From positions 96,001 to 160,000 of the forward strand of contig JAVRCJ020000004.1 in assembly GCA_034530875.2 (NCBI GenBank): DNA of 64,000 nt, given 5' to 3'. The notes below the pieces were generated by a model, which saw nothing but the letters and a program-made list of their open reading frames with translations, made no database searches and was not told the DNA's origin. The position numbers were made by a program, and so were the translations under genes. This document shows positions 39,136 to 49,080 of this stretch, piece after piece (within the stretch, counting starts at the first letter, position 1; each line of letters starts with the position of its first letter). This stretch comes from Nostoc sp. DedSLP01. Lineage in GTDB: Bacteria > Cyanobacteriota > Cyanobacteriia > Cyanobacteriales > Nostocaceae.

Positions 39136-39925
39136 TAATATTTGGCCTCCAGTAGTTTATGCGGTAAATGATTTCGCCTGGTTAAAGAATGCGATATAAA
39201 ATGTCATCCACTCCAGATGAATTTCTTATTCCTGACTCCTGGTTTTGCCCAGTTCTTAAGTTTTTTAGTTTGTTTTTAAATTGAAGTCGTTTCCTATCAA
39301 TTCCTTTAGCTATGCCGAAATTAGCATTTCTTTGGGATCGGAGGAGTTGTATTTGTTAAGTCAATATTAACCACTAAGCATATCTAGGGATCAAGTAGTT
39401 TGAATACATTTTTTGCTTATTCAACGAATTTATCAGCACTTTTGGGATCGTATTGTGATGAAATCATGACAATTTCTGCCGCAAGACCTTTTTCAAGCAC
39501 TAGTAATGTCAATTTTTCATGACAATACTTTCGATTTCGCCCAAACCCCAACCCACAAAGGACTTTGGAGTGGGGAGCAAGAAGTGTGTAAAATCACAAA
39601 TAACCTCTGAGAAGGTATGTAAAAACTCAAAATTTAGACTTAGCACGACGCCTACCACTAAGTTTTGTGGCAGGTTATTAACCGCATAAATATATTAGTG
39701 TTGACTGATAAGTGTTTAAAAGATGCCCTCAAGCCTCTGAATTTTACTTATGGAAAATAAAGAACGATTAAAGTGAGGGTTAATTAGACTTGGGCAACTC
39801 AGTATGAGGCTTCTGGCAGAATTGGCTGATATTTAGAGTGGAGGATTGAAATTTTTCTGCAATCCCAAATAAATATCTCAAAAAATTAGCACAGTCATTG
39901 CTTAATTACAAAGAACAAACGACAA

Positions 39926-42574
39926 ATGACTAACCTGATTTTGGTTGTAGACGACGATCGTTTAATGCGAGTGTATCTGTGTGAGCTATTGAAACAAGCA
40001 GGGTATCAGGTGGTAGAAGCGAGTAACGGTTTAGAGGCGATCGCTACGTATATTCGACTGCACCCAGATATAGTACTGTTAGACGCCATGATGCCAGTGA
40101 TGGATGGATTTAGCTGCTGCACTCAACTGCAAGCACTCCCCAATGGCAAAGATACACCAGTGTTAATAATTAGTGCTTTAGACGATGGCGCATCTGTAGA
40201 AAAAGCTTTTGCTGCGGGTGCAACCGATTTTATTACCAAGCCAATTCAATGGCCGATATTACGTCATAGGTTGCGCCGTTATCTCGAAGCTCGTCGTGTA
40301 AAGCAGGAATTACAACAGCAAATTGCACAGTTACAACAACAGCAAGCGCAACTGGAAATAGCCTTAGATGGTGCTGGTACGAGCATTTGGAACTGGGATA
40401 TGCTAACGAATAAAATTACTTACTCAGGTCATCTAGAAGCACTTTTTGGCTGGAAAAAAGGTACTTTCAACAACACTTATGATGCTTTTCTTAACCGCAT
40501 TCATCGCCAAGACCGCGAGTTTGTGAAGCGATCGCATCAGCAGGCTATTGAAAATGGGGTATATGACATCGAATTTCGAGTTATTTTGCCTGATGGTAGC
40601 ATTCGCTATTTAGCAAGCAAAGGTGTTGTCTGCCGCGATGCTGACTCTGCTGTTGTGGGAATGTCTGCAATCGACATAGACATCACCAAGCGCAAGCAAG
40701 CAGAGGAAATGCTAGGAATTTATGCTAACCAGCAAGCGATGGTGGCAGAACTCAGTCAAATAGCTCTTGCTGACATAGACTTGAATGCACTGATGAACTT
40801 ATGTGTGAGTATCGTCGCTCAATGCCTAAAAGTTGAGTATTGTAAAGTTTTAGAACTAGTGCCAAATGGTAATGCTTTAGTGCTAAGGGCTGGAGTCGGC
40901 TGGCAACCTGGATTGGTAGGAAACGCTACCGTCAGCGCTTTGATGGATTCCCAAGCTGGCTATACGCTAATTTCTAACGGCCCTGTAGTTGTTGATGACC
41001 TGCGAACGGAAACACGGTTCAACAGGTCGCAGTTGCTACGCCAACATCAAGTAATCAGCGGCATCAGCGTAGTGATTCATGGCAAAGAGCGTCATTTTGG
41101 CGTTTTAGGCGCACACACAACCAGACACCAAACCTTCACTAAAGATGAAGTTGGTTTTCTCCAATCTGTTGCTAATATTCTAGCTGCTGCGATTGAGCGT
41201 CAACGAGGGGAAAACGCACCCAAAGAAAGCGAAGAACGTTGCCAGTTAGTAGTGCAGGCTAATAATGGTGGCATTTGGGACTGGGATCTGCAAAATAATC
41301 GAGTATTGCAATGTCAGAATATGCGATCTCAACTGTTCGCCCAGATTGCCCTGAAAATCCGTCAATCTTTACAAATCGATGAAATTCTGCGAACTAGTGT
41401 TACAGAGGTGCAAAAGCTACTGCTGGCCGATCGCGTGTTAATCTTGTGCCTACAGCCAAATAATTCTTTTCTGGCGATTCAAGAAGCAGTAGTTCCGGGT
41501 TTCCCTGCGATCCTCGGACAGGAAATTACTGACTGTTGCTTTAGCGACAATGGCATCCAGCATTACCGCCAAGGGCGAATTAGTTCAATTACAGATATCG
41601 CACAAACGGATATTGAAACTTGTCACGCCAAACTCCTGCAAAGATTTAGCATCAAAGCCAACCTTGTACTCCCGATTTTCTTGAAAAATCAACTCTGGGG
41701 ACTATTAATTGTCCATCAGTGCGCCTATTCCCGCAAGTGGACTAGCTGGGAAATAGAACTTTTGCAACAGCTGGCAGATCAAATAGGCATTGCCTTGACT
41801 CACAGCCAAATTTTAGAACAAGAAACTCGCCAGCGCCAAGAACTCGCTCGTTCCAACCAACAATTGCAAGAATTTGCCTTTATCGCCTCCCACGATTTAC
41901 AAGAGCCACTGCGTAAGATTAAAATTTTTGGCGATCGCTTGCAAGCGACCTGCGGCGATACATTAAGCGATGGGGGACGCGATCTTTTAGAACGGATGCA
42001 GAATACTGCCAACAGAATGCAGACATTGATTGAAGGCTTGTTGGCACTTTCACGAGTTACTACTACAGCACAGCCTTTTGTATCAGTAAATCTGTCAAAG
42101 ATTGCCCAAGAGGTATTGTCTGATTTAGAAGTTTATATCCAGCAAACTGGGGCAAGTGTTGAAATTGGTGAGTTACCCACCATAAAAGCCGATCCTCTAC
42201 AGATCCGTCAATTGCTACAAAATCTCATCGTTAACGCCCTCAAATTTCACCGTCCGCAAGTACGACCTATTATTAAAATCTATAGTCACGATTTGAATAA
42301 TCAGGGAAATAATCACTCAACTAGTTCTGGCTTTTGTCAAATCGTCGTCGAAGATAATGGTATTGGTTTTGAAGAAAGAGATAGCGATCGCATTTTTAAT
42401 CTTTTTCAACGTTTAGATAGTCCTGCTGAATACAACAAATACCAAGGTACTGGCATAGGTTTAGCTATCTGCCGGAAAATTACCGAGCGTCATCATGGAA
42501 AGATCGTAGCTGAAAGCAAACCTGGGCATGGATCGAAGTTTTTTGTCACATTAGCAGTTAATCCTCATCCCTAA
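39926..42574 (+). CDS. Hybrid sensor histidine kinase: REC-PAS-GAF-(truncated PAS)-cyanobacteriochrome GAF-HisKA-HATPase
   Basis: VVDDD..LLDAMMP..KP receiver; DCCF and CH motifs in the second GAF; ASHDLQEPLR H-box; N, G1 and G2 boxes. Confidence 0.9.
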   Translation: MTNLILVVDDDRLMRVYLCELLKQAGYQVVEASNGLEAIATYIRLHPDIVLLDAMMPVMDGFSCCTQLQALPNGKDTPVLIISALDDGASVEKAFAAGATDFITKPIQWPILRHRLRRYLEARRVKQELQQQIAQLQQQQAQLEIALDGAGTSIWNWDMLTNKITYSGHLEALFGWKKGTFNNTYDAFLNRIHRQDREFVKRSHQQAIENGVYDIEFRVILPDGSIRYLASKGVVCRDADSAVVGMSAIDIDITKRKQAEEMLGIYANQQAMVAELSQIALADIDLNALMNLCVSIVAQCLKVEYCKVLELVPNGNALVLRAGVGWQPGLVGNATVSALMDSQAGYTLISNGPVVVDDLRTETRFNRSQLLRQHQVISGISVVIHGKERHFGVLGAHTTRHQTFTKDEVGFLQSVANILAAAIERQRGENAPKESEERCQLVVQANNGGIWDWDLQNNRVLQCQNMRSQLFAQIALKIRQSLQIDEILRTSVTEVQKLLLADRVLILCLQPNNSFLAIQEAVVPGFPAILGQEITDCCFSDNGIQHYRQGRISSITDIAQTDIETCHAKLLQRFSIKANLVLPIFLKNQLWGLLIVHQCAYSRKWTSWEIELLQQLADQIGIALTHSQILEQETRQRQELARSNQQLQEFAFIASHDLQEPLRKIKIFGDRLQATCGDTLSDGGRDLLERMQNTANRMQTLIEGLLALSRVTTTAQPFVSVNLSKIAQEVLSDLEVYIQQTGASVEIGELPTIKADPLQIRQLLQNLIVNALKFHRPQVRPIIKIYSHDLNNQGNNHSTSSGFCQIVVEDNGIGFEERDSDRIFNLFQRLDSPAEYNKYQGTGIGLAICRKITERHHGKIVAESKPGHGSKFFVTLAVNPHP

Positions 42575-42897
42575 TTTTTCTTTCTGAATATAAATTAAGA
42601 TAAAACTATAAAATTAACTTAATTGTAATATTGTGCTTTCTAATTTCGAGGAATTATCTATTCTACAAATTATCCTCGATATTAACGATGAATTAAATTA
42701 CATTATTTCGCACTTAAGACAACTAATACAGTATGGTATTTGTCGTTAAACATCCCTTGCTGAGAATGAAAAAACAAGCTTCCATTCTTCAATAGATGCT
42801 TTGTATATTTAATTATTTTTGTCAATGTATGACTTGCCATTTGTGCTAAATTAATAATTTGATTTATAGTAATAAGCAAATGTTAAGGAGACAGTGC

Positions 42898-43048
42898 ATG
42901 ATGAAAGGTTAAACAGCAAACGTCACAATTTTAATGGCTGATAAGGATCGAGACTCTAGGAAAAGACTGAGTTGAAATTGTGCAACTGCCAGCAGCAGCA
43001 ATGGGAAATAACTATGGACAACAGCCCCATCAAAGTTCTGTTCATTGA
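42898..43048 (+). pseudogene. Internally deleted single-domain response regulator (Rcp1-like) remnant
   Basis: RBS AAGGAG; MMKG*TANVTILMAD fused out of frame to ETLGKD*VEIVQLP..., resembling the N- and C-termini of Rcp1-type regulators. Confidence 0.65.
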
Positions 43049-44903
43049 TGATGACGAAGATGACTATATTTTGATTCGTTATTGGTTCAGTGAGTTCCAA
43101 GTAGCACAGTGCGATCTCCAATGGGTAAATCGTTATGAAACAGCCAGGAATGTCATGCAAAGCCAACAACATGACATTTATCTTGTAGATTACCGTTTGG
43201 GAGCGCACAATGGGCTAGAATTATTGCGTGAAGCAATTGCCAACGGCTGCTATTGTCCGATAATTTTACTCACTGGTCAGGGTGACAGGGAAATAGACCT
43301 AGAAGCGATGAAAGCTGGTGCAGCAGATTATCTGGAAAAAAGCCAATTAAATGCACCTTTGTTAGAGCGTTCTATTCGCTACGCCATCGAACGCAAACAA
43401 ACAGAACAAAAAATTCGCGAACAAGCCGCTTTACTAGATGTTGCGACCGACGCAATTTTTGTGCGCGATTTAGACGATAAAATTCTATTTTGGAACAAAG
43501 CCGCCGAAAATTTATATGGTTGGAAAAAAGAGGAAGCAATTAATAAAAAGGCACGATTTCTTTGGCAAGAAAAACAATTGACTCAAGTTCAAGAGGCGCT
43601 CAGTATTTTGATGAAAAACAATTCTTGGGAAGGAGAGTTACAGCAAAAGACAAAATTAGGTCAAGAAATTGTCGTTGAAAGCCGTTGGACATTGGTGCGT
43701 GAATTCAATAAGCAAAGACAAACTATCCTCGTTGTTAACACTGATATTACACAAAAAAAGCAACTAGAAGCTCAATTTCTCCGCGCCCAGAGATTGGAAA
43801 GTATTGGCACATTAGCCAGCGGTATCGCTCACGATTTAAATAATGTTCTGGCACCGATTTTAATGACATCTCAACTTTTAGAAGCACAAGCTCAAGACAG
43901 GCGTTCTCTCCAACTACTACCAATCTTAACTGCTAATGCTAAACGAGGGGCAAACTTAGTCAAACAAGTATTATCGTTTGCTCGTGGGTTAGAAGGCGAT
44001 CGCACTATCTTACAATTAAAGCATTTAATAATAGAAATTCAGCAAATTATTAAAGAAACTTTTCCTAAATCCATAGAAGTTTTTACCCAAATTCCCCAAA
44101 ATCTTTGGATTGTATCTGGCGATGCTACTCAACTGCATCAAGTACTGATGAATCTGTGCGTTAACGCTCGTGATGCGATGCCTAATGGTGGAACTTTAAT
44201 AATATCTGCCGAGAATCTTTTGATTGATGAAAATTTTACCAAAATGCATATTGATGCTAAGGTTGGTCACCACGTTGTAATTACTGTTGCAGATGAGGGA
44301 ATTGGGATTCAACCAGAAATATTAGATCGGATATTTGAGCCATTTTTTACTACTAAAGAAGTTGGTAAGGGTACTGGTCTTGGGCTTTCGACAGTACTTG
44401 GCATTATTAAAAGCCACGGCGGTTTTATCAACGTCGATAGTGAAGTAGGAAAAGGCAGCCAATTTAACGTATATTTACCAGCCCAAGATGCAACGGAGAC
44501 TATAGAAGACCAACAGCAAGAATTACCTCCAGGTCAAGGAGAATTAATTTTAATTGTAGATGACGAAGCAGCCATTCGAGATGTCACAAAAACATCTCTC
44601 GAAAGTCATAATTATAAAGCCATTACAGCGAGCGATGGCATAGAAGCTATAGCCTTATATGCAGAAAACCGAGAGCAAATATCTCTTGTATTAACTGATT
44701 TGCTCATGCCATCTATGGATGGGATAACTACCATCCGCACCCTGCAAAAAATTAATCCAGATGTGAAAATTATTGCTGTTAGCGGACTCAATTCAGCAGA
44801 TAAAATAGATGCAGCTTATGGCATAGGTATCAAAGCGTTTTTGTCTAAACCCTATACAGCTAATCAATTATTACAAACTATTAGTACAGTTAAAAAAAGT
44901 TAG
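43014..44903 (+). CDS. Hybrid histidine kinase: REC-PAS-HisKA-HATPase-REC
   Basis: IDDDEDD..LVDY receiver; GIAHDLNN H-box; FEPFFTTK..GTGLGL; C-terminal receiver; ATG at 43014 preferred over the track start at 42972. Confidence 0.92.
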   Translation: MDNSPIKVLFIDDDEDDYILIRYWFSEFQVAQCDLQWVNRYETARNVMQSQQHDIYLVDYRLGAHNGLELLREAIANGCYCPIILLTGQGDREIDLEAMKAGAADYLEKSQLNAPLLERSIRYAIERKQTEQKIREQAALLDVATDAIFVRDLDDKILFWNKAAENLYGWKKEEAINKKARFLWQEKQLTQVQEALSILMKNNSWEGELQQKTKLGQEIVVESRWTLVREFNKQRQTILVVNTDITQKKQLEAQFLRAQRLESIGTLASGIAHDLNNVLAPILMTSQLLEAQAQDRRSLQLLPILTANAKRGANLVKQVLSFARGLEGDRTILQLKHLIIEIQQIIKETFPKSIEVFTQIPQNLWIVSGDATQLHQVLMNLCVNARDAMPNGGTLIISAENLLIDENFTKMHIDAKVGHHVVITVADEGIGIQPEILDRIFEPFFTTKEVGKGTGLGLSTVLGIIKSHGGFINVDSEVGKGSQFNVYLPAQDATETIEDQQQELPPGQGELILIVDDEAAIRDVTKTSLESHNYKAITASDGIEAIALYAENREQISLVLTDLLMPSMDGITTIRTLQKINPDVKIIAVSGLNSADKIDAAYGIGIKAFLSKPYTANQLLQTISTVKKS

Positions 44904-44988
44904 GATTGGTATGGGGCATTAGGCGTTCTTGAGATTCCCGAGTTCTTTAAGAAGTCAGGAATATTGTTGTTCGCTAAAAAATTAACTG

Positions 44989-45123
44989 ATATCAAGTTCG
45001 CTTAATTACTTATAAATCCTGAAACACCCCACCCGCCTTACGGCACTCTCCCCTTAGCAAGGGGAGGGTTGGGGAGGGGTAACGCGAGGACTGCAATCAT
45101 AACTAATCATCCGAATTTGATAT
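44989..45123. mobile_element. MITE-like element containing a GC-rich palindromic repeat
   Basis: 25-bp imperfect TIRs ATATCAAGTTCGCTTAATTACTTAT / ATAACTAATCATCCGAATTTGATAT (20/25); internal CTCCCCTTAGCAAGGGGAG. Confidence 0.7.
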
Positions 45124-45192
45124 GATTTATCAATCAACTAATTAATCGAGATTGAGAGTTATAATTTAGTAATTCCTAACTCCCCACTCTCC

Positions 45193-45576
45193 ATGACCAA
45201 GGATGAAGTTTTAGCTACTAATACAGCTTTTTATCGAGCTTTTGAAAGAAAAGATATTGAAGCCATGAGTGCAATATGGTCGCAAGGAACTGGTAGTTTT
45301 TGCATTCATCCTGGAAGTAATGTCCTGCAAGGTTGGAAAGAGATTCGTACCTCTTGGGAGCAGATATTTAAAAACACCGCTTACATTGAAATTAATACAG
45401 ATATAATTGCTACAGAATTTACCGATCGTATTGCTTATGTCGTGTTGAGAGAAAATGTGTTTCAAGTCGTAGGTTCGAGAAGACTTGAAGCACAATCAAC
45501 CGCCACAAATGTATTTCAGCTTTTCGGTGGTAAGTGGTATTTAGTTCATCATCACGGGAGTCCGATTTTGCGGTGA
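45193..45576 (+). CDS. NTF2/SnoaL-like domain protein
   Basis: N.AFYRAFE..D..AM, CIHPG, ATNVF and W.LVHHHGS motifs. Confidence 0.88.
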   Translation: MTKDEVLATNTAFYRAFERKDIEAMSAIWSQGTGSFCIHPGSNVLQGWKEIRTSWEQIFKNTAYIEINTDIIATEFTDRIAYVVLRENVFQVVGSRRLEAQSTATNVFQLFGGKWYLVHHHGSPILR

Positions 45577-45695
45577 GTGTGTGAGGGAGACGCGGGGAGA
45601 TAGGGAGATGGGGAGGATGAGGGGGAGAGGAACTAGGGGAGATAGAGGAAGCAGGCAAAACTAATGACCAATGACTGATGACCAATGACCAATGA

Positions 45696-46232
45696 CTAAT
45701 TTCCCATTAACTCCACTGCATCTCGTCCATCGATATCTTGTAAATAAACTTTGACAATTTCTTCTTTAGCAGTAGGCAACTGCTTGCCAATAAAATCTGG
45801 GTGAATTGGTAACTCACGATGACCTCTGTCTACCAACACAGCTAAACGAATTACCTCTGGCCTTCCGTACTCATTTACAGCATTCAAAGCAGCGCGAATA
45901 GTCCGCCCTTTGAAAATCACATCATCCACGAGTACAACAGTTTTTCCAGTCAAGTCAAAAGGAATCTCGCTTTTGGCTGGAGTTCGCAAACCAATTTGGT
46001 CAAGGTCATCTCGATAAAATGTAATATCTAAAGCACCAACCGAAACCGCTACACCTTCGAGAGTTTCAATCTGACGCGCCAATAATTGTGCTAATAACGC
46101 GCCCCTAGTGTATATACCAAGAAGCACCAATTGCGACAAATCGCGCGACCTTTCGACAATTTGAGAGGCAAGGCGAGTCAAAGTACGACGAATTTCTTCT
46201 GATGAGAGGATTTCAACTACTTTTGCAGACAT
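45696..46232 (-). CDS. pyrR: Bifunctional pyrimidine regulator / uracil phosphoribosyltransferase
   Basis: [13 protein letters not shown] loop [21 protein letters not shown]; start moved to MSAKV at 46232 because the upstream extension is STRR-derived. Confidence 0.95.
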   Translation of the reverse strand: MSAKVVEILSSEEIRRTLTRLASQIVERSRDLSQLVLLGIYTRGALLAQLLARQIETLEGVAVSVGALDITFYRDDLDQIGLRTPAKSEIPFDLTGKTVVLVDDVIFKGRTIRAALNAVNEYGRPEVIRLAVLVDRGHRELPIHPDFIGKQLPTAKEEIVKVYLQDIDGRDAVELMGN

Positions 46233-46297
46233 AGTTATTTTTGAGGGTGTGGGGAGGTGGGGAGATGGGGAGTGGGGAGATGAGGGGAATAACTGAA

Positions 46298-47275
46298 TTA
46301 ATGCCCCATGCCCCATGCCCTAATTAACAAGATAGCGATTGCTATTCCTAACCATAGTAAAAAACAATAGCGCGTCAGTTGCAAAGCTTTGTGAATAGAT
46401 ATTGGAGTAATCGGATAAATGGCATTTCCTAATAATGGTTTGTCTTTAGCTACCCCACGATACCAATTTGTACCGCCCATCTGGACGTCTAAAATAGCAG
46501 CATAAGCACACTCACTCCAGCCGGAATTCGGACTAGGATCTTTAATTGCATCCCGGCTACAAATTCGCCAAACATGCATCGGTTTACTCGATAATAATGC
46601 CAAAGTTATAATTGTTAAGCGACAAGGTAGCCAAGTCAAACAATCTTCCAACCGCGCACTAAACCATCCTAAATAAGTATAAGGTGCTTCCCGATAACCA
46701 ACCATTGAATCAAGGGTACTGCTAGCTTTGTATGCTAAAGCTAAAGGAATTGACCCCACAACTGGGATAAAGCTACCAATAATTGCATAAAAAAGTGGAG
46801 CTATTACTCCATCAGTAGCATTTTCTGTAACTGTTTCTAAAACGGCTCGTAAAATTTCTGCTTCTGTGAGATTTTGTGTATCTCGACCAACATAATTACT
46901 TAAAATCTGACGCGCTTGTTCTAAGTCTCCTGCTGTTAAAGGTTGTAAAACAGCTACCGCTGCTGTTCGCAAACTTCTACCAGCAAAACAACTAGCTAAA
47001 AGAATACTTTCTAAAATAATTCCCAATAGCGGATGCACCCATCTAGCAATTTGAATCAGTAAAAAGCCGATAATACCGCTACCAGTTATCAGGATCGTAG
47101 CTAGCATAATCCCAGCTAGCCGCTGCGTTAAAGGATTGTGACACAATTGCAGAGAAAATTTAGTCAACCGAGAAATTACCCACCCCATAAATTGTACGGG
47201 ATGAGGCCAACCCCAAGGATCGCCTATTAAGTAATCTAAAAGTGCAGCAATCATTAAAACAAGAGTAGATATCAT
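46298..47275 (-). CDS. cbiB: Adenosylcobinamide-phosphate synthase
   Basis: [33 protein letters not shown] and SPNSGWSE motifs. Confidence 0.95.
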   Translation of the reverse strand: MISTLVLMIAALLDYLIGDPWGWPHPVQFMGWVISRLTKFSLQLCHNPLTQRLAGIMLATILITGSGIIGFLLIQIARWVHPLLGIILESILLASCFAGRSLRTAAVAVLQPLTAGDLEQARQILSNYVGRDTQNLTEAEILRAVLETVTENATDGVIAPLFYAIIGSFIPVVGSIPLALAYKASSTLDSMVGYREAPYTYLGWFSARLEDCLTWLPCRLTIITLALLSSKPMHVWRICSRDAIKDPSPNSGWSECAYAAILDVQMGGTNWYRGVAKDKPLLGNAIYPITPISIHKALQLTRYCFLLWLGIAIAILLIRAWGMGH

Positions 47276-47343
47276 TTATCGGAAGTCATTAGTCATTAGT
47301 CATTAGTCAACAATGCCCCATGCCCCATACCAATAGTTAATGA

Positions 47344-47787
47344 CTAAACCACAAAACTAGCTTCTTGTCCAAGAGAAGCTTGCCAACTGCGAGCATCATA
47401 ATAAAGGTCTGCCAGAGTAATACTATACAAAGCTTCTTTAAGCTTTTGATTGAGCCTTTGCCAAAGGGTAAATGTTACCCAATCTTCAGCTTGTATAGGT
47501 TGTGGAGTGTGATGCGGTAAATAAGTAATCGTCTCGCCGACTGCTTCTAAAATTTGTCCGATAGATATTTGTGCGGGTTCTCTGGCCAATTGGTATCCGC
47601 CGATGCTACCACGAATTGATTTCACTAACCCAGCACGGCGTATTTCTATTAGTAGTTTTTCGAGGTAAGGAGCTGGGATATCTTGGCGTTTAGCGATCGC
47701 TTTTACGGATACAGGACCATATTTTGGCTGTAAACTTAAATCTAGCAACGCTTTTACACTGTAATGTCCTTTGGTAGTTAGTTTCAT
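47344..47787 (-). CDS. Rrf2 family transcriptional regulator
   Basis: MKLTTKGHY, YLEKLL..GLVKS.RG..GGYQLA; lacks the three IscR-type Cys residues. Confidence 0.92.
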   Translation of the reverse strand: MKLTTKGHYSVKALLDLSLQPKYGPVSVKAIAKRQDIPAPYLEKLLIEIRRAGLVKSIRGSIGGYQLAREPAQISIGQILEAVGETITYLPHHTPQPIQAEDWVTFTLWQRLNQKLKEALYSITLADLYYDARSWQASLGQEASFVV

Positions 47788-48525
47788 TGTTGTTTGTAGT
47801 TTGTCCTTTGTCAGCATTCGTCTGTTACAAAGTTATGATGGCCGCAAACCTCTCTAAGAGACCATTTGCTTCCCGCAAGACACTTCATGGTTTCTCATTT
47901 ATTTAGGTCAATGACTAACGACTAAGCCCAAAGTTACTATCGGAGGTTTCCTCGGATGAGAACTTTGTAACAGAGGACTAATAGACCTGCCTTGAAAATA
48001 GGGACTCTTTACTGGGGACTGGTGACTAGGAAAGAAATATTTTCATTGCTTTGTTGTAAATTGTGTTCGTGGAGTAAGAGTGCAAAACTATTTTTGCAAC
48101 ACGGTAAAGCCAAAAGGTTAAAGAGTAAGGGTTTTTTTCTTAACCTTTTCCCCTTTACCCCTTACGATTTTCTGCACTTGTGCAACAAGTCTAATGACCA
48201 AAGATCAGTTTTGCTTATCATTGGTGTAACTCAGTTATCATCTTCAGCAACAAGACAACCTTTTGATGGTTAGTTTAGAAAACTTAAACAAGTATAGTCT
48301 AGCAGTAATTCAAAAACTACATATATATAGTTATCAGCATTGCCAGCATTCTAAAAAATAAATTGTCTAGAAAATATTTGGTAATAACATAACAATTCTG
48401 GCTTTTAGTGTAATATACTTGGCTATGTTGAGATCAAAACTAAAGGATTATCTTCCTATTAGCTCAACCTCAGCTAAAATAAAATCGATTCCAACACTTC
48501 AAACATTCGTTTTCAACCTAAGTTG

Positions 48526-48939
48526 ATGCCTAAACAGAAAAAAATAGAACCCCTAGTCGGCGAAGAATTGCTCAAAAAAGTCAAAGAACTAGAGAACGAG
48601 AGCAAAGAAGACAAAGCCAAAAAGTGCGGCTACTATACCGTTACCAAAAACGGTATAGAGCGTGTCAATATGATGAAGTTCTTAAATGCCCTAATCGATG
48701 CTGAAGGCATTCAGTTGGACAGTACACCCAGTATTAATGGGCGTGGTGGACGCAGTGCTAGCTATAGGATTAGCGTGCAATCCAATGGGAACTTGCTCAT
48801 AGGTTCAGCTTACACAAAACAGATGAATCTCAAACCAGGAGATGAGTTTCTCATCACTTTAGGTAAAAAGCACATTCGTTTGAGACAAGTAGATCCAGAA
48901 GATAGAGAAGATGATGAAGCCTTAGAGGCTACGGCTTAA
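48526..48939 (+). CDS. Cyanobacterial AbrB-like transcriptional regulator (cyAbrB, probably CalB clade)
   Basis: CGYY, GRGGRSASYRISVQSNGNLLIGSAYT and GDEF motifs. Confidence 0.92.
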   Translation: MPKQKKIEPLVGEELLKKVKELENESKEDKAKKCGYYTVTKNGIERVNMMKFLNALIDAEGIQLDSTPSINGRGGRSASYRISVQSNGNLLIGSAYTKQMNLKPGDEFLITLGKKHIRLRQVDPEDREDDEALEATA

Positions 48940-49080
48940 TAATAGTCATTAGTCAATTGTCAATAGTCAATAGTCATTTGTGACTGAAGTTACGAGCTAA
49001 GGAAAACTTAGTTCATACTTCTCGTGCGTGTGATTTGTAAAAACCAATTGACCGATCGCCAACGACCAAATGACTAATGG

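Noticed and set aside
46233..46316. N-terminal extension of PyrR in the ORF track
   Set aside because: It derives from STRR repeats (PHSPSPHLP); the conserved protein starts at MSAKV.
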